A model generated the notes under the pieces. That model made no database searches and was not told the origin of the DNA. It saw only the letters and a program-made list of their open reading frames with translations. Both the position numbers and the translations under genes were made by a program. From Mobula hypostoma (Eukaryota): 64,000 bases of DNA. Below, one piece after another: positions 25,655-39,050 of this stretch. Positions within the stretch are counted from its first letter, which is position 1; each line of letters opens with the position of its first letter. The DNA is taken from NCBI RefSeq assembly GCF_963921235.1, contig NC_086097.1, positions 253,954,001-254,018,000 of the forward strand, written 5' to 3'.

Positions 25655-25916
25655 GATGACCAGGGTTCAATTCCCCCTGCTGTCTGTAAGGAGGTTGCAC
25701 GCTCTCCCTGACTGAATGCGTTTCCTCCGGGTGCTCCGGTTTCCTCCCAATTGTAAAGACGTACAAGTTAGGCTCGGTGAGTTGTAGACGTGTTACGTCG
25801 CCACTCGAAGAATGGCAACACCAGCAGGCTGAGCCCAGCACATCCTCGGACTGTGCTAGTCATTGACACAAATGACTCATTTCACTCTGCTTCAAACTAC
25901 ATGCGACAAAATAAAT
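25655..25916 (+). mobile_element. V-SINE with a non-CR1 (Rex1/L2-type) tail
   Basis: B box GGTTCAATTCC and V domain GTTTCCTCCGGGTGCTCCGGTTTCCTCCCA. Tail CATTTCACT...ACATGCGACAAAATAAA. Confidence 0.75.
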
Positions 25917-26640
25917 TAATCTGTTTCACCCTAATCTCAGGATATGTCTACTTTCAGTATTTCAAATCAGAATATGTTATGTTCTGATGATCAAAGTATA
26001 ATTTTTGTACCTAAAATGTGAGAAATCAGATTAATTATATCCCAGGGAAGGGATGATGTTTCCAATCTGCCCTGCCTACAGAAGTGAGTCAGAGGCTTGG
26101 GGGAGCGCAGGTGTTTCACAGTTAATTCCAGTGCAGAGGATAAACCAACTAGTTTACTGGCCAGTTAGTTTAACTTCACGGTGGGCCGACAACCGGAGTC
26201 ATTTTTGAGGGACACGGTGAGCTCTCATTGAGACAGACTTAGGCTGATGAAGGGCAGACAGCATGGATTCAGTGGTGGTGGTTAACAGTGGAGTTGGCAT
26301 CCAGCTTCGATAGCTATCTGACACATCTGAGATTGGGAAAGTATCTACCCAATCCAGCCATTACACGGCATGAAACGTTGGAATTCTAACAAGATCAATA
26401 CCTCCATCATACCTTGGGGTTAAATATCCCCTTAAAGAGGAAAAAAATGGATATTTTTCCCAGAGCACCTGCCAATGAAGTTAATTAGATTTGTGGCATG
26501 GGATTTCTGAGTAAGTAATTAATTCCGTTAGTGGGTTGGTGCAAACATTCTCTTGTGTGTTTTTACACATCATTTTAAAACATAGTTACCAGTAACACTA
26601 TATGAGTATGTGCTTTGTCTCCTCGTATTCCTGATGTCGT

Positions 26641-27320
26641 GAACATAGAACACTATAAGACAGCCCAGGCCCTTCGGTCTATGATGTTGTGTTGATCGTC
26701 TGAGAATCTCTCTTTCCTTCCATAGAACCTTTCATTGTTCTATCCTCCATGTGCCTGTCTAAGAGTTTTACAAATATATCTGCCTCTACACTGACCCGGA
26801 CAATGTGTTCCTCACCCCCACCATTCTCTGTGTAAAAAAACTTACCCCTGACATCCCTGCTCTACTTTTCTCCAATCACCTTAAATTATACCCCTTTGCT
26901 TTAACTACTTCTGCCCTGGAAAAAGTTTCTGGCTATCCACTTGATCTATGCCTCTTATCTTATACACCTCTGCATCACACCCTCCTTTGCTCTAAAGAGA
27001 AAAGTCCTGGCTGTCTCAGTCTTTCCTCATAAGACATGCTCTCTAATCCAGCCAGTATCCTCCTCTGCACCTTCTCTGAAGCTTCCACATCCTTCCTATA
27101 ATGAGGCGATCAGAACTGAACACAGTATTAATTTCTAACCAGAGCTTTATCGAGCTGCAACTTACGTCTCGGCTCTTGAACTCAATCCCAACACAGTATA
27201 CACCGACTCAACCACCTATCAGTTGGCGCAGCAAACTTGAGGAATCTATGGATGAGGATCCCCAAATCCCTCTGTTCTTCCACACTTCCAGGAATCTTGC
27301 CATTAACCCTGTATTCTGCC
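26641..27320 (-). mobile_element. Decayed CR1 3' fragment
   Basis: TTCTATGTTC tail at 26641-26651 on the minus strand. EYRVNGKIPGSVEEQRDLG in ORF 27182-27511. Confidence 0.75.
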
Positions 27321-27584
27321 TGAGTTTGAAGGCTTCTGGCAGTGTAGTCTGTTCCAGTCATTATGAGCATTATACCCTCAGGGTACAAACATTCAGTCTC
27401 ACCATATAATTCCATCCCAATGCACAATGTTAGAGTAATGGTGGTGTATTGTTCTAACCGTGATGTATGGGGTGTAATGGGGTGCTTTGGGTGTCTATGG
27501 ATAGGTAGCACCTCTGATGAAAGAGCTTGTTGTGTCTATTTTGGGACACTTCACTCATCTTTGGTTCCCATCAGACACTCACTC

Positions 27585-30008
27585 TCACCAGTGCCAGATG
27601 GAGAAAAGGATACAACCCAGACCTTCCTTTGTTACCTCGGCAAGCTCCAACCTCTTCACATGAACAGTCCTCCAACATATACCCAAATCCCAACATCGTC
27701 CAGTCCAGGTAGAATCCCTTCCCACTCTGAGACCTGTACCATCAAAGTACCTACCAAGATTTAACCTGAGAAAAGCGAATTGGACATCTTTCACAGAATC
27801 CCTTGATCAACTAATCGATACTATACCACCAGAACCTGATCATTATGATGAATTTGGCCGACTAATCTGGAAAGTAGCACAGCAGAACATACCTAGAGGC
27901 TGCAGAACCAAATATATTCAGGGATTGACTGGTGATATCAAGCAAAGTTATGATGAGTATGTCAACTTATACGACCAAGACCCATTTCATCAAGACACAA
28001 TTGAAATGGGAGAGTCAGTCCTGTCCCTACTGAGCCAAAAGAGATAACAGCGTTGGCAGGAACTGATAGAAAACACAGACATGACCAAGAACAGTAAGAA
28101 GGCATGGGCAGCTGTTCGGAAACTCAACTCAGACAATAGACCACCACAGAGAACTGCTGCCGTAACACCCAATCAGGTTGCCCACCAACTGAAACTAAAC
28201 GGTCGACCAAATAACAAGGAACGGAGGCAAAAGTAAAAGCAACATCAGGAGATGGAGTCAGCTCTCTCAAACGGGAATAACAACTTCTCACCTCTCACCC
28301 TAGAAGAATTAAAGGATGAAGTATCACAGCTAAAATCCACCAAAGCTGCTGGCATAGATGGGATTCTTAATGAATTCCTTAAACATCTAGAACATAAAGC
28401 ACGCACTGGCTTCTGTCCCTTTTTAACTGTTGCCTAAGATCATTAAAGATACCTAAAAAGTGGAAAAGAGCCAAAGTTGGTGCTCTTCTAAAACCCAATA
28501 AAGACCCCAACATTTCTAAAAACTACAGACCGATTTCCTTGCTCTTCACCCTCTATAAACTCTACGAGAGACTCATACTGAAAAGAATATCTCCCTTAGT
28601 CGAAGATCTTCTAACACCAGACTAAGCCGGGTTCAGGCCAGGCCGCTCTTGCTGCGGTCAAGTCCTGAACTTAACCCAGTGTATTGAGGATGGCTTTGAA
28701 ATGCGACAAATTACAGGGGCAGTATTCATTGACTTAACAGCAGCATACGACATTGTGAATCACAGAGGCCTTCTACTGAAATTATCTAAAATGTTAAAGA
28801 ACGAGACCACAGTCAAAGTAATAAGAAGCCTCCTAGAAAATTGTAGATTTTATGTAAAAATGAATGGAATTAAGAGTAGGTGGCATCCACAAAAGAACAG
28901 ACTACCACAGGGATCAGTCCTGGCACCTCTACTATTTAATGTTTACACAAACGACCACCCAACCTTTCCTAACACACACAGGATTATCTATGCAGAGCAA
29001 CACAAGGTAACTCCTTCCAAGAAGCTGAAGTACGACTTACAGCAGTCCTCGAAGCAATGAAGCAATATTATGAAAAATGGTCTCTGAACCCAGATCCATC
29101 AAAAACTCAGGTGTGTGCATTCCACCTGAGGAATCGAGAAGCAGCTCGGAAACTCAAGATCTTCTGGTGTGGGAAGGAGCTCGAACACCATCGGAATCCA
29201 ACTTACCTGGGCGTGACACTGGATAGGATGCTCTCATTTGCCACCCACATCCAAAAACTCCAAGGGAAAGTCGGTTCTCACAATTCTGTCTTGAAAAAAT
29301 TAGCAGGCACGAAATGGGGAGCTGATGCTCACACACTTAGATCAACTGCCCTAGCACTCTGCTCTACACTCTGCAGAATACTGTGCACCTGTGTGGGGCA
29401 GATCAGCCCATGCAAAGAAAATAGACCCGTTGCTTAACGAAGCCTGCCGAATAATCACAGACACACTGCGCCCCACACCCACTAACATCATTTACAGACT
29501 TGCAGGCATTGCTCCCCCAGAGATCCAAAGACACACTACAACAAAAATTGAAAAAGGTAAACAGAACTCGGATCCACGGCACCCACTACATCATCATGTG
29601 CCAGTTTCCAACCGCCTAAAATCGAGGAAAAGCTTTGCTACAGTGGAGGAACTACCACATGGAACATTCCCCCAAACATACAGGATTGACCTCTGACAAC
29701 AAACAGAAGCCAGAACCCCACCAAACAATACAGTGCAAGACCCCACAGAAACGTTAACAGATGGGGCACTGCTTGACAGACGGAAGTGGGGCACTCTCAA
29801 CAGAGCGAGAGCGGGAGTTTGTAGGACGGGAGACAATATGGTGAAGTGGGGTTTAAAGACCAGCGAATCCTGTGAAAGGGTGCAGAACGTTAAACACGTT
29901 CTGCGCAACTGCCCACTCTCACCTGATTTAGCTGACACTGACCTGCTCAACATCAACCAAACAACACTAGAGTGGCTGTCTGCCTGGTGTGACAAGCTAC
30001 GATGATGA
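27585..30008 (+). mobile_element. RTE-X-like non-LTR retrotransposon, 5'-truncated and pseudogenised
   Basis: Endonuclease tail SARWRKGYNPDL...SQHRP, FNLRKANW, IPRGCR. RT motifs FIDLTAAYD, LPQGSVLAPLLFNVYTND and YLGVTLDR. Ends WCDKLR* followed by a GATGATGA tail. Confidence 0.8.
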
Positions 30009-30403
30009 CCTGTGGCTCCAAGTCACTGCACACTCCGGTACACTGCTTCGACAGGTGGGCTAAACCAGGTGGGTCTCCTACCAAGGTGAGATAGGGACAT
30101 GCCTGCCCTGGTCAGTGATGTCAGCCCTGGCAGACTGGGTGGATGAGATCAGCAGTGAGATCCAACAGGCTGGAAGGTGGTCCTGCAATGCTCCGTCGAG
30201 AGCGAAGGGCATGACAAGGTACAGATGATGTTATGGTCATCCACAGCAACCAAGGAGGACCCCAGTTTGTGATGACTATTCATACCACTGGACCTGGACG
30301 TCTGAAGTTGAAAGAGGAACTGCCCCAGTGCAACAGCTTTTCCACTTTGAAAACTCTCCTGCACAGGTTTCCAGTCCTCATCGGACATGACAGGCAACTA
30401 TCA
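30009..30403 (+). repeat. Non-coding interspersed repeat, probably a non-autonomous RTE-type element; copy 2
   Basis: Homologous to 22125-22560 and directly abuts the RTE-X tail. Confidence 0.6.
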
Positions 30404-31034
30404 TGTTTGCATCCAGTTGAAAAACAATTCAATTTGATATACTTGTCACCAGCAAACGCAAATACATGGGCATGATCTACATTGTGTATCTCTATTGAGG
30501 TAAATATCGAAAGAGTGACTACCATTTCAGTATTTATCCCAACTCCGAGAGCCTCTTGTGGAAGAAATGGGACTTGAGGATGAAGCAGTTTCATGATCCA
30601 ACGATAAACATTTGATGAACTGGATTTTCCCGATGTCCACACAAAGTGAACATTGATCACGGTGGGTTTGGCATCAGTGACAGAATTGATGGGTTAGAAA
30701 CTGGGAGCCAATTGAAGCGCAAGGGAGAGGAAATGCAGGGAATGAAGCTTCCAGCCTCTCTATTTCCCAACAATGACAAGAACAGAGTGGGAAGTGTAAA
30801 ACAGTGAAAACATCCCTGATTTCAGCTGGAATTGCCAACTGATGAAATGTGAGGCAGAGCAGTACCTGACAAATACTTGGCTGTGTACTTCAACTGAGCT
30901 GTCAAAGCATTGTAGAGCAGAGTCTGACAAGTTTAATTTAATTGTTATTCAACCATACATCAATACAGCCAAATGAAACTGTTACTCTGGGGCCAAGGTG
31001 CAAACACAGTGTCAACAGTCACACACAGCACAAG

Positions 31035-31201
31035 GCACATATAACTGACTGACTGAGAGACATATAGCACATATAACTGACTGACTGAGGGACATATGGC
31101 ACATATAACTGACTGAGGGACATATAGCACATATAATTGACTGACCGAGGGACATATAGCGCATATAACTGACTGACTGAGGCACATATAGCACATATAA
31201 T
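31035..31201. repeat. 28-32-bp minisatellite, ~5-6 copies
   Basis: Unit ~GAGGGACATATAGCACATATAACTGACT(GACT). Confidence 0.9.
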
Positions 31202-31239
31202 TACAACAGTAGTAAACATACAATCTATCAGTACCTCCA

Positions 31240-32270
31240 GTTGAACTTTATCTTTTCTTTCGTTTTCCCCCTAGCCATCAGTCTGTGGTTTTGTATTGTA
31301 TTGCCATGTGCTCCTGTCCCCACTCCTGCTCTACTCCAGCCCCTGTATTACCGAGTACTCCGTCTCTCACCTGTTTCTCATTATTACCTGTATTGCTGCT
31401 ACCTGTGTCTCATTGTGCTCCACCTATCATCTGCCTCTCTGTTTATTGTCAGTGTATTTCAGTCCTGTGTTTTCACCTGTTTGTTGCCAGATTGTGTCAG
31501 TGAATTTTCCTGAGCCTTTCCAGCATGGGTATCTGAACTCTGTATGTCCGAATATTGACTCTGTCTGTTTCCCGATTCTGGTTTTTGGATTTCTCCGGAT
31601 GTTTTGATCTCTGCCAGAACTTTGACGCTGACTTTGTTTGCACCTTGGGATTTGTTACTAATTAATATCACTGCGTGCACAGTACTGGGTCCGTGATTGG
31701 GTCCTTGCTCCAGTGTCCTGACAGTACAAGCTGGCCAGAATAGATCTAGCAGTCCCCGGTCATCTGAGAGCTGTCCTGGAACAACAGGGAGTGATGCTGG
31801 GGAGACCCCAGAACCAGCTGGACTCTATGTTCAGGGCAGTGGAGTTGATTTCTGCCAATGTAGCCGATCTTGTGGCCCAGACTCGGTCACTCCAGCTGTC
31901 CCAAAGCATCCATTAACATTCTGCGACTGCATCTTCCACCCCGCCGGAACTCTATGGCGCCCTGGTGCGTGTGCAGCATTTCACGGGCAGATTCTCTCCC
32001 ATGTTTGGAGTGATCAAACACTTTTCTCATCTTCTCAGGAAATAACTGAAAACTGATGCAGAAGGTGAACCTGCCTCCCAGACGGCTATTCCCCATTCTC
32101 TCACCCAACCGGACAGTTGAGTGATGACGTAGGCCACCTTGGCTCGATCAGTCGGAAAGGTTGTTGGTTGTAATTCAAAAATGAGGATGCACTGGGAAAG
32201 AAGAGCAGCAGGTACTGGGCTCACCTGAGTACTGGATCTGCAATTGGATCCCTGCTCCAGCATGCTAACA
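31240..32270 (+). mobile_element. Sushi-like Gypsy remnant: LTR (~31240-31722), gag 5' part and an inverted gag continuation
   Basis: The LTR ends TGACA followed by GTACAAGCTGGCCAG. Gag reads IDLA...LEQQGVMLG on the plus strand (31740-31900). LSQCILIFELQPTTFPTDRAKVAYVITQLSG and MRKVFDHSKHGRESA read on the minus strand (31900-32225). Confidence 0.7.
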
Positions 32271-32559
32271 CAGTCATAGAAACATTGATCACAGACCAGC
32301 AGAGTACAGGACACATCCTTGAGTGGACAGCCAGAGACTTTTCCCAGGGCAGAAATTGCTAATGCCGGGGGTGGGGTGGAGGTGGATGGGGGCATTAGAC
32401 TGAAGGAATGCGTAAGGCGGTCGTCAGAGGTAGACTTTTCAAACAGAGAGTGGTGGGTGCATGGTGGTAGAGGCAGATACATTATGGTTATTTAAAAGAC
32501 TTCAAAAGGAAAATAGAAAAATGGAGGATTACATCGGAGGGATGGGTAAGAAAATGAGG

Positions 32560-34800
32560 AAGACATGGAGGGATTGTCTACGCAGTGTCTGTGGGTGGAA
32601 GTTAGGAACAGGAAGGTTACAAAAGCATTTAATTGGAGTAAGGGGAAACATGAGGCTATCAGGCAGGAACTTGGAAGCATAAATTGGGAACAGATGTTCT
32701 CAGGGAAATGTATGGAAGAAATGTGGCAAATGTTCAGGGATATTTGCGTGGAGTTCTGCATAGGTACGTTTCGATGAGACAGGGAAGGGATGGTAAGGTA
32801 TAGGAACCTTGGTGTACAAAGGCTGTTGAAAATCTAGTCAAGAAGAAAAGAGCTTACTAAAGGTTCAAAAAGCTAGTTAATGATAGAGATCTAGAAGATT
32901 ATAAGGCTAGCAGGAAGGAGCTTAAGAAAGAAATTTGGAGAGCCAGAAGGGGCCATGAGAAGGCCTTGGCAAGCAGAATTAAGGAAAACCCCAAGGCATT
33001 CTACAAGTATGTGAAGAGAAAGAGGATAAGATGTGAGAGAATAGGATCAATCAAGTGTGACAGTGGAAAAGTGTGTACGGAACCGGAAGAGATAGCAGAG
33101 GTACTTAATGAGTACTTTGCTTCATTGTTAAATACGGAAAAGGATCTTGGCAATTGTAGGGATGACTTACAGTGGACTGAAAAGCTTGAGCATGTAGATA
33201 TTAAGAAAGAGGATGTGCTGGAGCTTTTGAAAGCATCAAGTTGGATAAGTCACTGGGACCAGGCAAGATGTACCCCAGGCTACTGTGGGAGGCGAGGGAG
33301 GAGATTGCTGAGCCGCTGGCGATGATCTTTGCATCATCAATGGGGACGGGAGAGGTTCCGAGGATTAGAGGTTTGCGGATGCTGTTCCCTTATTCAAGTA
33401 AAGGAGTAAAGATAGCCCAGGAAATTATAGACCAGGGAGTCTTACTTCAGTGGTTGATAAGTTGATGGAGAAGATCCTGAGAAGCAGGATTTATAAACAT
33501 TTGGAGAGGTATAATATGATTAGGAATAGTCAGCACGGCTTTGTCAAAGGCAGGTCATGCCATACGAGCCTGATTGAACTTTTTGAGGATGTGACTAAAC
33601 ACATTGATGAAGGAAGAGCAGTAGATGTAGTGTATATGGATTTCAGCAAGGCATTTGATAAGGTACCCCATGCAAGGCTTATTGAGAAAGTAAGGAGGCA
33701 TGGGATCCAAGGGGACATTGCTTTGTGGATCCAGATCTGGCTTGCCCACAGAAGGCAAAGAGTGGTTGTAGTCGGGTCATATTCTGCATGGAGGTCGGTG
33801 ACCAGTGGTGTGCCTCAGGGATCTGTTCTGGGACCCCTACTCTTCGTGATTTCAATGTGACCTGGCTGAGGAAGTGGAGGATGGGTTAGTAAATCTGCTG
33901 ATGACACAAAGGTTGGGGGTGTTGTGGATAGTGTGTAGGGCTGTCAGAGGTTACAGTGGGACATCGATAGGATGCAAAACTGAGCTGAGAAGTGGCAGAT
34001 AGAGTTCAACCCAGGTAAGTTTGAGGTGGTTCATTTTGGTAGGTCAAATATGATGGCAGAATATAGTATTAATGGTAAGACTCTTGGCAGTGTGGAGGAT
34101 CAGAGGGATCTTGGGGTCCAAGTCCATAAGACACTCAAAGCTGCTATGCAGGTTGACTCTGTGGTGAAGAAGGCATACGGTGCATTGGCCTTCATCAATC
34201 TTGGAATTGAATTTAGGAGCTGAGAGGTAATGTTGCAGCTATATAGGACCCTGGTCAGACCCCACTTGGAGTACTGTGCTCAGTTCTGGTCTCCTCACTA
34301 CAGGAAGAATGTGGAAACCATAGAAAGGGTGCAGAGGAGATTTACAAGGATTTTGCCTGGATTGGGGAGCATGCCTTATGAGAATAAGTTGAGTGAACTC
34401 GGCCTTTTCTCCTTGGAGCGACGGAGGATGAGAGGTGACCTGATAGAGGTGTATAAGATGATGAGAGGCATTGATCATGTGGATAATCAGAGGGTTTTCC
34501 CCAGGGCTAAAATGGCTGGCACGAGAGGGCACAGTTTTAAGCTGCTTGGAAGTAGGTACAGAGGAGATGTCAGGGGTAAGTTTTTTACGCAGAGAGTGGT
34601 GAGTGCGTGGAATGGGCTGCCGGCGGTGGTGGTGGAGGCAGATACGATAGGGTCTTTTAAGAGACTCCTGGACAGGTACATGGAGCTCAAAAAAATAGAG
34701 AGCTTTGGGTAACCCTGGGTAATTTCTAAAGTAAGGGCATGTTCAGCACAGCTTTGTGGGCTGAAGGGCCTGTACTGTGCTGTAAGTTTTCTATGTTTCT
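32560..34800 (+). mobile_element. CR1 LINE ORF2 pseudogene with 3' end
   Basis: ORFs 32966-33325, 33450-33860, 34026-34223 and 34230-34712 carry CR1 RT motifs. Tail TTTCTATGTTTCT at ~34790. Confidence 0.92.
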
Positions 34801-34899
34801 GTGATCTTAGAGTGGATTAAAGTGTCAGCACAACAATGTGGATTGAAGGGCCTGTATTGTGCTGTACTGTTCTCTGTTCTGTGTTGTCCAAAATGAAAC

Positions 34900-35265
34900 C
34901 TGTGTTGGTTGGGGTTGACCTAGCTTACGAGATACACAAGCTAGGGCAGTTTGATATGCAGAGCGAGCTTTTGCCCATGAAGCAGGCTTACTCTCTCTGG
35001 GCAGCTGATGAATCTAAAGGAACGGCAGGGACCGATACAGTTTGGCACCAGTGGCATCGTGGGAGTTGTTAGTCAGTGTTGAACTCAATGTAGGATTAGG
35101 GACTCCAGCTTTGGATTTTTCCCTCAGATTTTACTCCCAAAGCCTTCCCCGTGAGTGGTATAGCCACAAGGGAGCAGAGGTCTGAGATCAGAGTTTTCCT
35201 TCTCCTAGATGAGCTGCCAACCACCCCAGGTGAGCCCCATCTGCCCGAAGTGATTGGTTTTAAGG
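34900..35265 (-). mobile_element. RTE-derived non-autonomous element
   Basis: The minus strand has GGTTGGCAGCTCATCTAGGAGAAGGAAAACTCTG, resembling RTE 5' UTRs. Shares CCGATACAGTTTGGCACCAGTG with the SINE at 15978-15999. Confidence 0.6.
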
Positions 35266-35921
35266 TAATATAAACCTAAACCATGATGAATCAAATCCGT
35301 CACTCCTCCACGGCCCATCTGCCTTCATTTTTCTTATATCCATGTGCCGAAGAGTCTCAACTGAAACAACCCCAACTACCACCACTCTTTGTGTAAAAAT
35401 GAAACCTACCCCTCACCCCTCACCTCTGCCCTAAACAGTCCTCCAGTCACCTTAATATTATGCCCCCTCATAATCGCCATTTCCACCCTGGGAGGAAGTG
35501 TCTGGCTGTCCACTCCATCTAAGCCTTTTATCTGGTATACCTCTATCAGGTCACCTCTCATCCTCCTTCACTTAAGAGCATCTACTATAACCTCCACTAA
35601 TTTCTTCAGCACCCTGGGATGCATCCCATCAGGATCAGGGAACTTATCTACCTTCAGGCCCTCTAGTTTGCTCATCACTATCTCTTTAGTGACAGTGATT
35701 TTATTGAGGTCCTCACCTCCCATTTCATCATAACATCCTTCTTTGGCATATTAGATGTATCCTGCACCGTGAAGACCGATACAAAATAGTCGTTCAATGC
35801 CTCAGCCATTACCTTATCACCCAATATCAATTTCCCCTTCTCGTCTTCTAATGGACCTACGTTGACTTTAGCCACCCTCTTCTGCTTGATATATTTACAA
35901 AAACCTTTACTATCTGTTTTT

Positions 35922-38900
35922 ATAGAAAATAGGTGCAGGAGTAGGCCATTCGGCCCTTCGAGCCTGCACCGCCATTCAGTATGATCATGGCTGATCATCC
36001 AACTCAGAACCCTGCACCAGCCTTCCCTCCATACCCCCTGATCCCTTTAGCCACAAGGGACATATCTAACTCCCTCTTAAATATAGACAATGAACTGGCC
36101 TCAACTGTTTCCTGTGGCAGAGAATTCCACAGATTCACCACTCTCTGTGTGAAGAAGTTTTTCCTAATCTCGGTCCTAAAAGGCTTCCCCTTTATCTTCA
36201 AACTGTGACTCCTCATTCTGGACTTCCCCAACATCAGGAACAATCTTCCTGCATCGAGCCTGTCCAATCCCTTTAGGATTTTATATGTTTCAATCAGATC
36301 CCCCCTCAATCTTCTAAATTCCAACGAGTACAAGCCTAGTTCATCCAGTCTTTCATCATATGAAAGTCCTGCCATCTCAGGAATCAATCTGGTGAACCTT
36401 CTTTGTACTCCCTCTATGGCAAGGATGTCTTTCCTCAGATTAGGGGACCAAAACTGCACACAATACTCCAGGCGTGGTCTCACCAAGGCCTTGTACGACT
36501 GCAGTAGTACCTCCCTGCTCCTGTACTCGAATCCTCTTCCTATGAATGCCAGCATACCATTCGCCTTTTTCACCGCCTGCTATACCTGCATGCCCACTTT
36601 CAATGACTGGTGTATAATGACACCCAGGTCTCGTTGCACCTCCCCTTTTCCTAATCGGCCACCATTCAGAAAATAATCTGTTTTCCTGTTTTTGCCACCA
36701 AAGTGGATAACTTCACATTTATCCACATTAAATTGTATCTGCCATGAATTTGCCCACTCACTCAACCTATCCAAGTCACCCTGCATCCTCTTAGCATCCT
36801 CCTCACAGCTAACACTGCCGCCCAGCTTCGTGTCATCCGCAAACTTGGAGATGCTGCATTTAATTCCCTCATCCAAGTCATTAATATATATTGTAAACAA
36901 CTGGGGTCCCAGCTCTGAGCCTTGCGGTACCCCACTAGTCACTGCCTGCCATTCTGAAAAGGTCCCGTTTATTCCCACTCTTTGCTTCCTGTCTGCCAAC
37001 CAATTCTCCACCCACACCAATACCTTACCCCCAATACCGTGTGCTTTAAGTTTGCACACTAATCTCCTGTGTGGGACCTTGTCAAAAGCCTTTTGAAAAT
37101 CCAAATATACCACATCCACTGGTTCTCCCCTATCCACTCTACTAGTTACATCCTCAAAAAATTCTATGAGAATCGTCAGACATGATTTTCCTTTCACAAA
37201 TCCATGCTGACTTTGTCCGATGATTTCACCGCTTTCCAAATGTGCTGTTATCACATCTTTGATAACTGACTCTAGCAGTTTCCCCACCACCGATGTTAGG
37301 CTAACCGGTCTATAATTCCCTGGTTTCTCTCTCCCTCCTTTTTGAAAAAGTGGGGTTACATTAGCCACCCTCCAATCCTCAGGAACTAGTCCAGAATCTA
37401 AAGAGTTTGGAAAAATTATCACTAATGCATCCACTATTTCTTGGGTTACTTCCTTAAGCACTCTAGGATGCAGACCATCTGGCCCTGGGGATTTATCTGC
37501 CTTTAATCCCTTCAATTTACCTAACACCACTTCCCTACTAACATGTATTTTCCTCAGTTCCTCCATCTCACTGGACCCTCTGTCCTCCTCAGTGAAAACA
37601 GAACCAAAGTAATTATTCAATTGGTCTGCCATGTCCTTGTTCCCCATAATCAATTCACCTGTTTCTGTCTGTAGGGGTCCTATATTTGTCTTAACCAATC
37701 TTTTTCTTTTCACATATCTATAAAAGCTTTTACAGTCAGTTTTTATGTTCCCTGCCAGTTTTCTCTCATAATCTTTTTTTCCCCTTCCTAATTAAGCCCT
37801 TTGTCCTCCTCTGCTGTACTCTGAATTTCTCCCAGTCCTCAGGTGAGCCACTTTTTCTGGCTAATTTGTATGCTTCTTCTTTGGAATTGATACTATCCCT
37901 AATTTCCTTTGTCAGCCACGGGTGCACTACCTTCCTTGATTTATTCTTTTGCCAAACTGGGATGAACAATTGTTATAGTTCATCCATGCGATCTTTAAAT
38001 GCTTGCCATTGCATATGCACCGTCAATCCTTTAAGTGTCATTTGCCAGTCTATCTCAGCTAATTCACGTCTCATACCTTCAAAGTTACCCTTCTTTAAGT
38101 TCAGAACCTTTGTTTCTGAATTAACTATGTCACTCTCCATCTTAATGAAGAATTCCACCATATTATGGTCACTCTTACCCAAGGGGCCTCTCACGATAAG
38201 ATTGCTAATTAACCCTTCCTCATTGCTCAATACCCAGTCTAGAATAGCCTGCTCTCTAGTTGGTTCCTCGACATGTTGGTTCAAAAACCCATCCCGCATA
38301 CATTACAAGAAATCCTCTTCCTCAGCACCCTTACCAATTTAGTTCACCCAATCTATATGTAGATTGAAGTCACCCATTATAACTGCTGTTTCTTTATTGC
38401 ACACATTTCTAATTTCCGGTTTAATACCATCCCCAACCTCACTACTACTGTTAGGTGGCCTGTACACAACTCCCACCAGCGTTTTCTGCCCCTTAGTGTT
38501 ATGCAGCTCTACCCATATCGATTCCACATCTTCCCGGCTTATGTCCTTCCTTTCTATTGCGTTAATCTCCTCTTTAACCAGCAACGCCACCCCACCTCCT
38601 TTTCTTTCATGTCTATCCCTCCTGAATATTGAATATCCCTGAACGTTGAGCTCCCATCCTTGGTCACCCTGGAGCCATGTCTCTGTGATCCCAACTATAT
38701 CATATTCATTAATAACAATCTGCACTTTTAATTCATCCACCTTGTTACAAATGCTCCTTGCATTGACACATAAAGCCTTCAGGCGCTCTTTTACAACTCT
38801 CTTAGCCCTTATACAACTATGTTGAAAAGTGGCCCTTTTTGATGCTTGCCCTGGATTTATTGGCCTGCCACTTTTACTTTTCTCCTTACTACTTTTTGCT

Positions 38901-39050
38901 TCTACCCTCATTTTACACCCCTCTGTCTCTGCACTGGTTCCCATCCCCCTGTTGTGAACTAACCTCCTCTCTCCTAGTCTCTTTAATTTGATTCCCACCC
39001 CCCAACCATTCTAGTTTAAAGTTACCTCAGTAGCCCTCGCTAATCTCCCT
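35922..39050 (-). mobile_element. CR1 LINE with near-complete ORF2 (APE endonuclease and RT), frameshifted; nested in an older CR1 (~35575-39570)
   Basis: EN in 38339-38998 (NARSI, GITETW, GGGVA, YRPP, GDFN) and SDH in 37973-38299. RT in 36580-37713 (FADDTK). C-terminus in 36004-36573, then a 3' UTR with GGGCCGAATGGCC. Confidence 0.93.

Noticed and set aside
30530..30660. Possible plus-strand exon after TTTCAG (similar candidates at 15471 and in 26000-26420)
   Set aside because: Stops in all three frames or no recognisable product. A UTR or lncRNA exon cannot be excluded but is unsupported.
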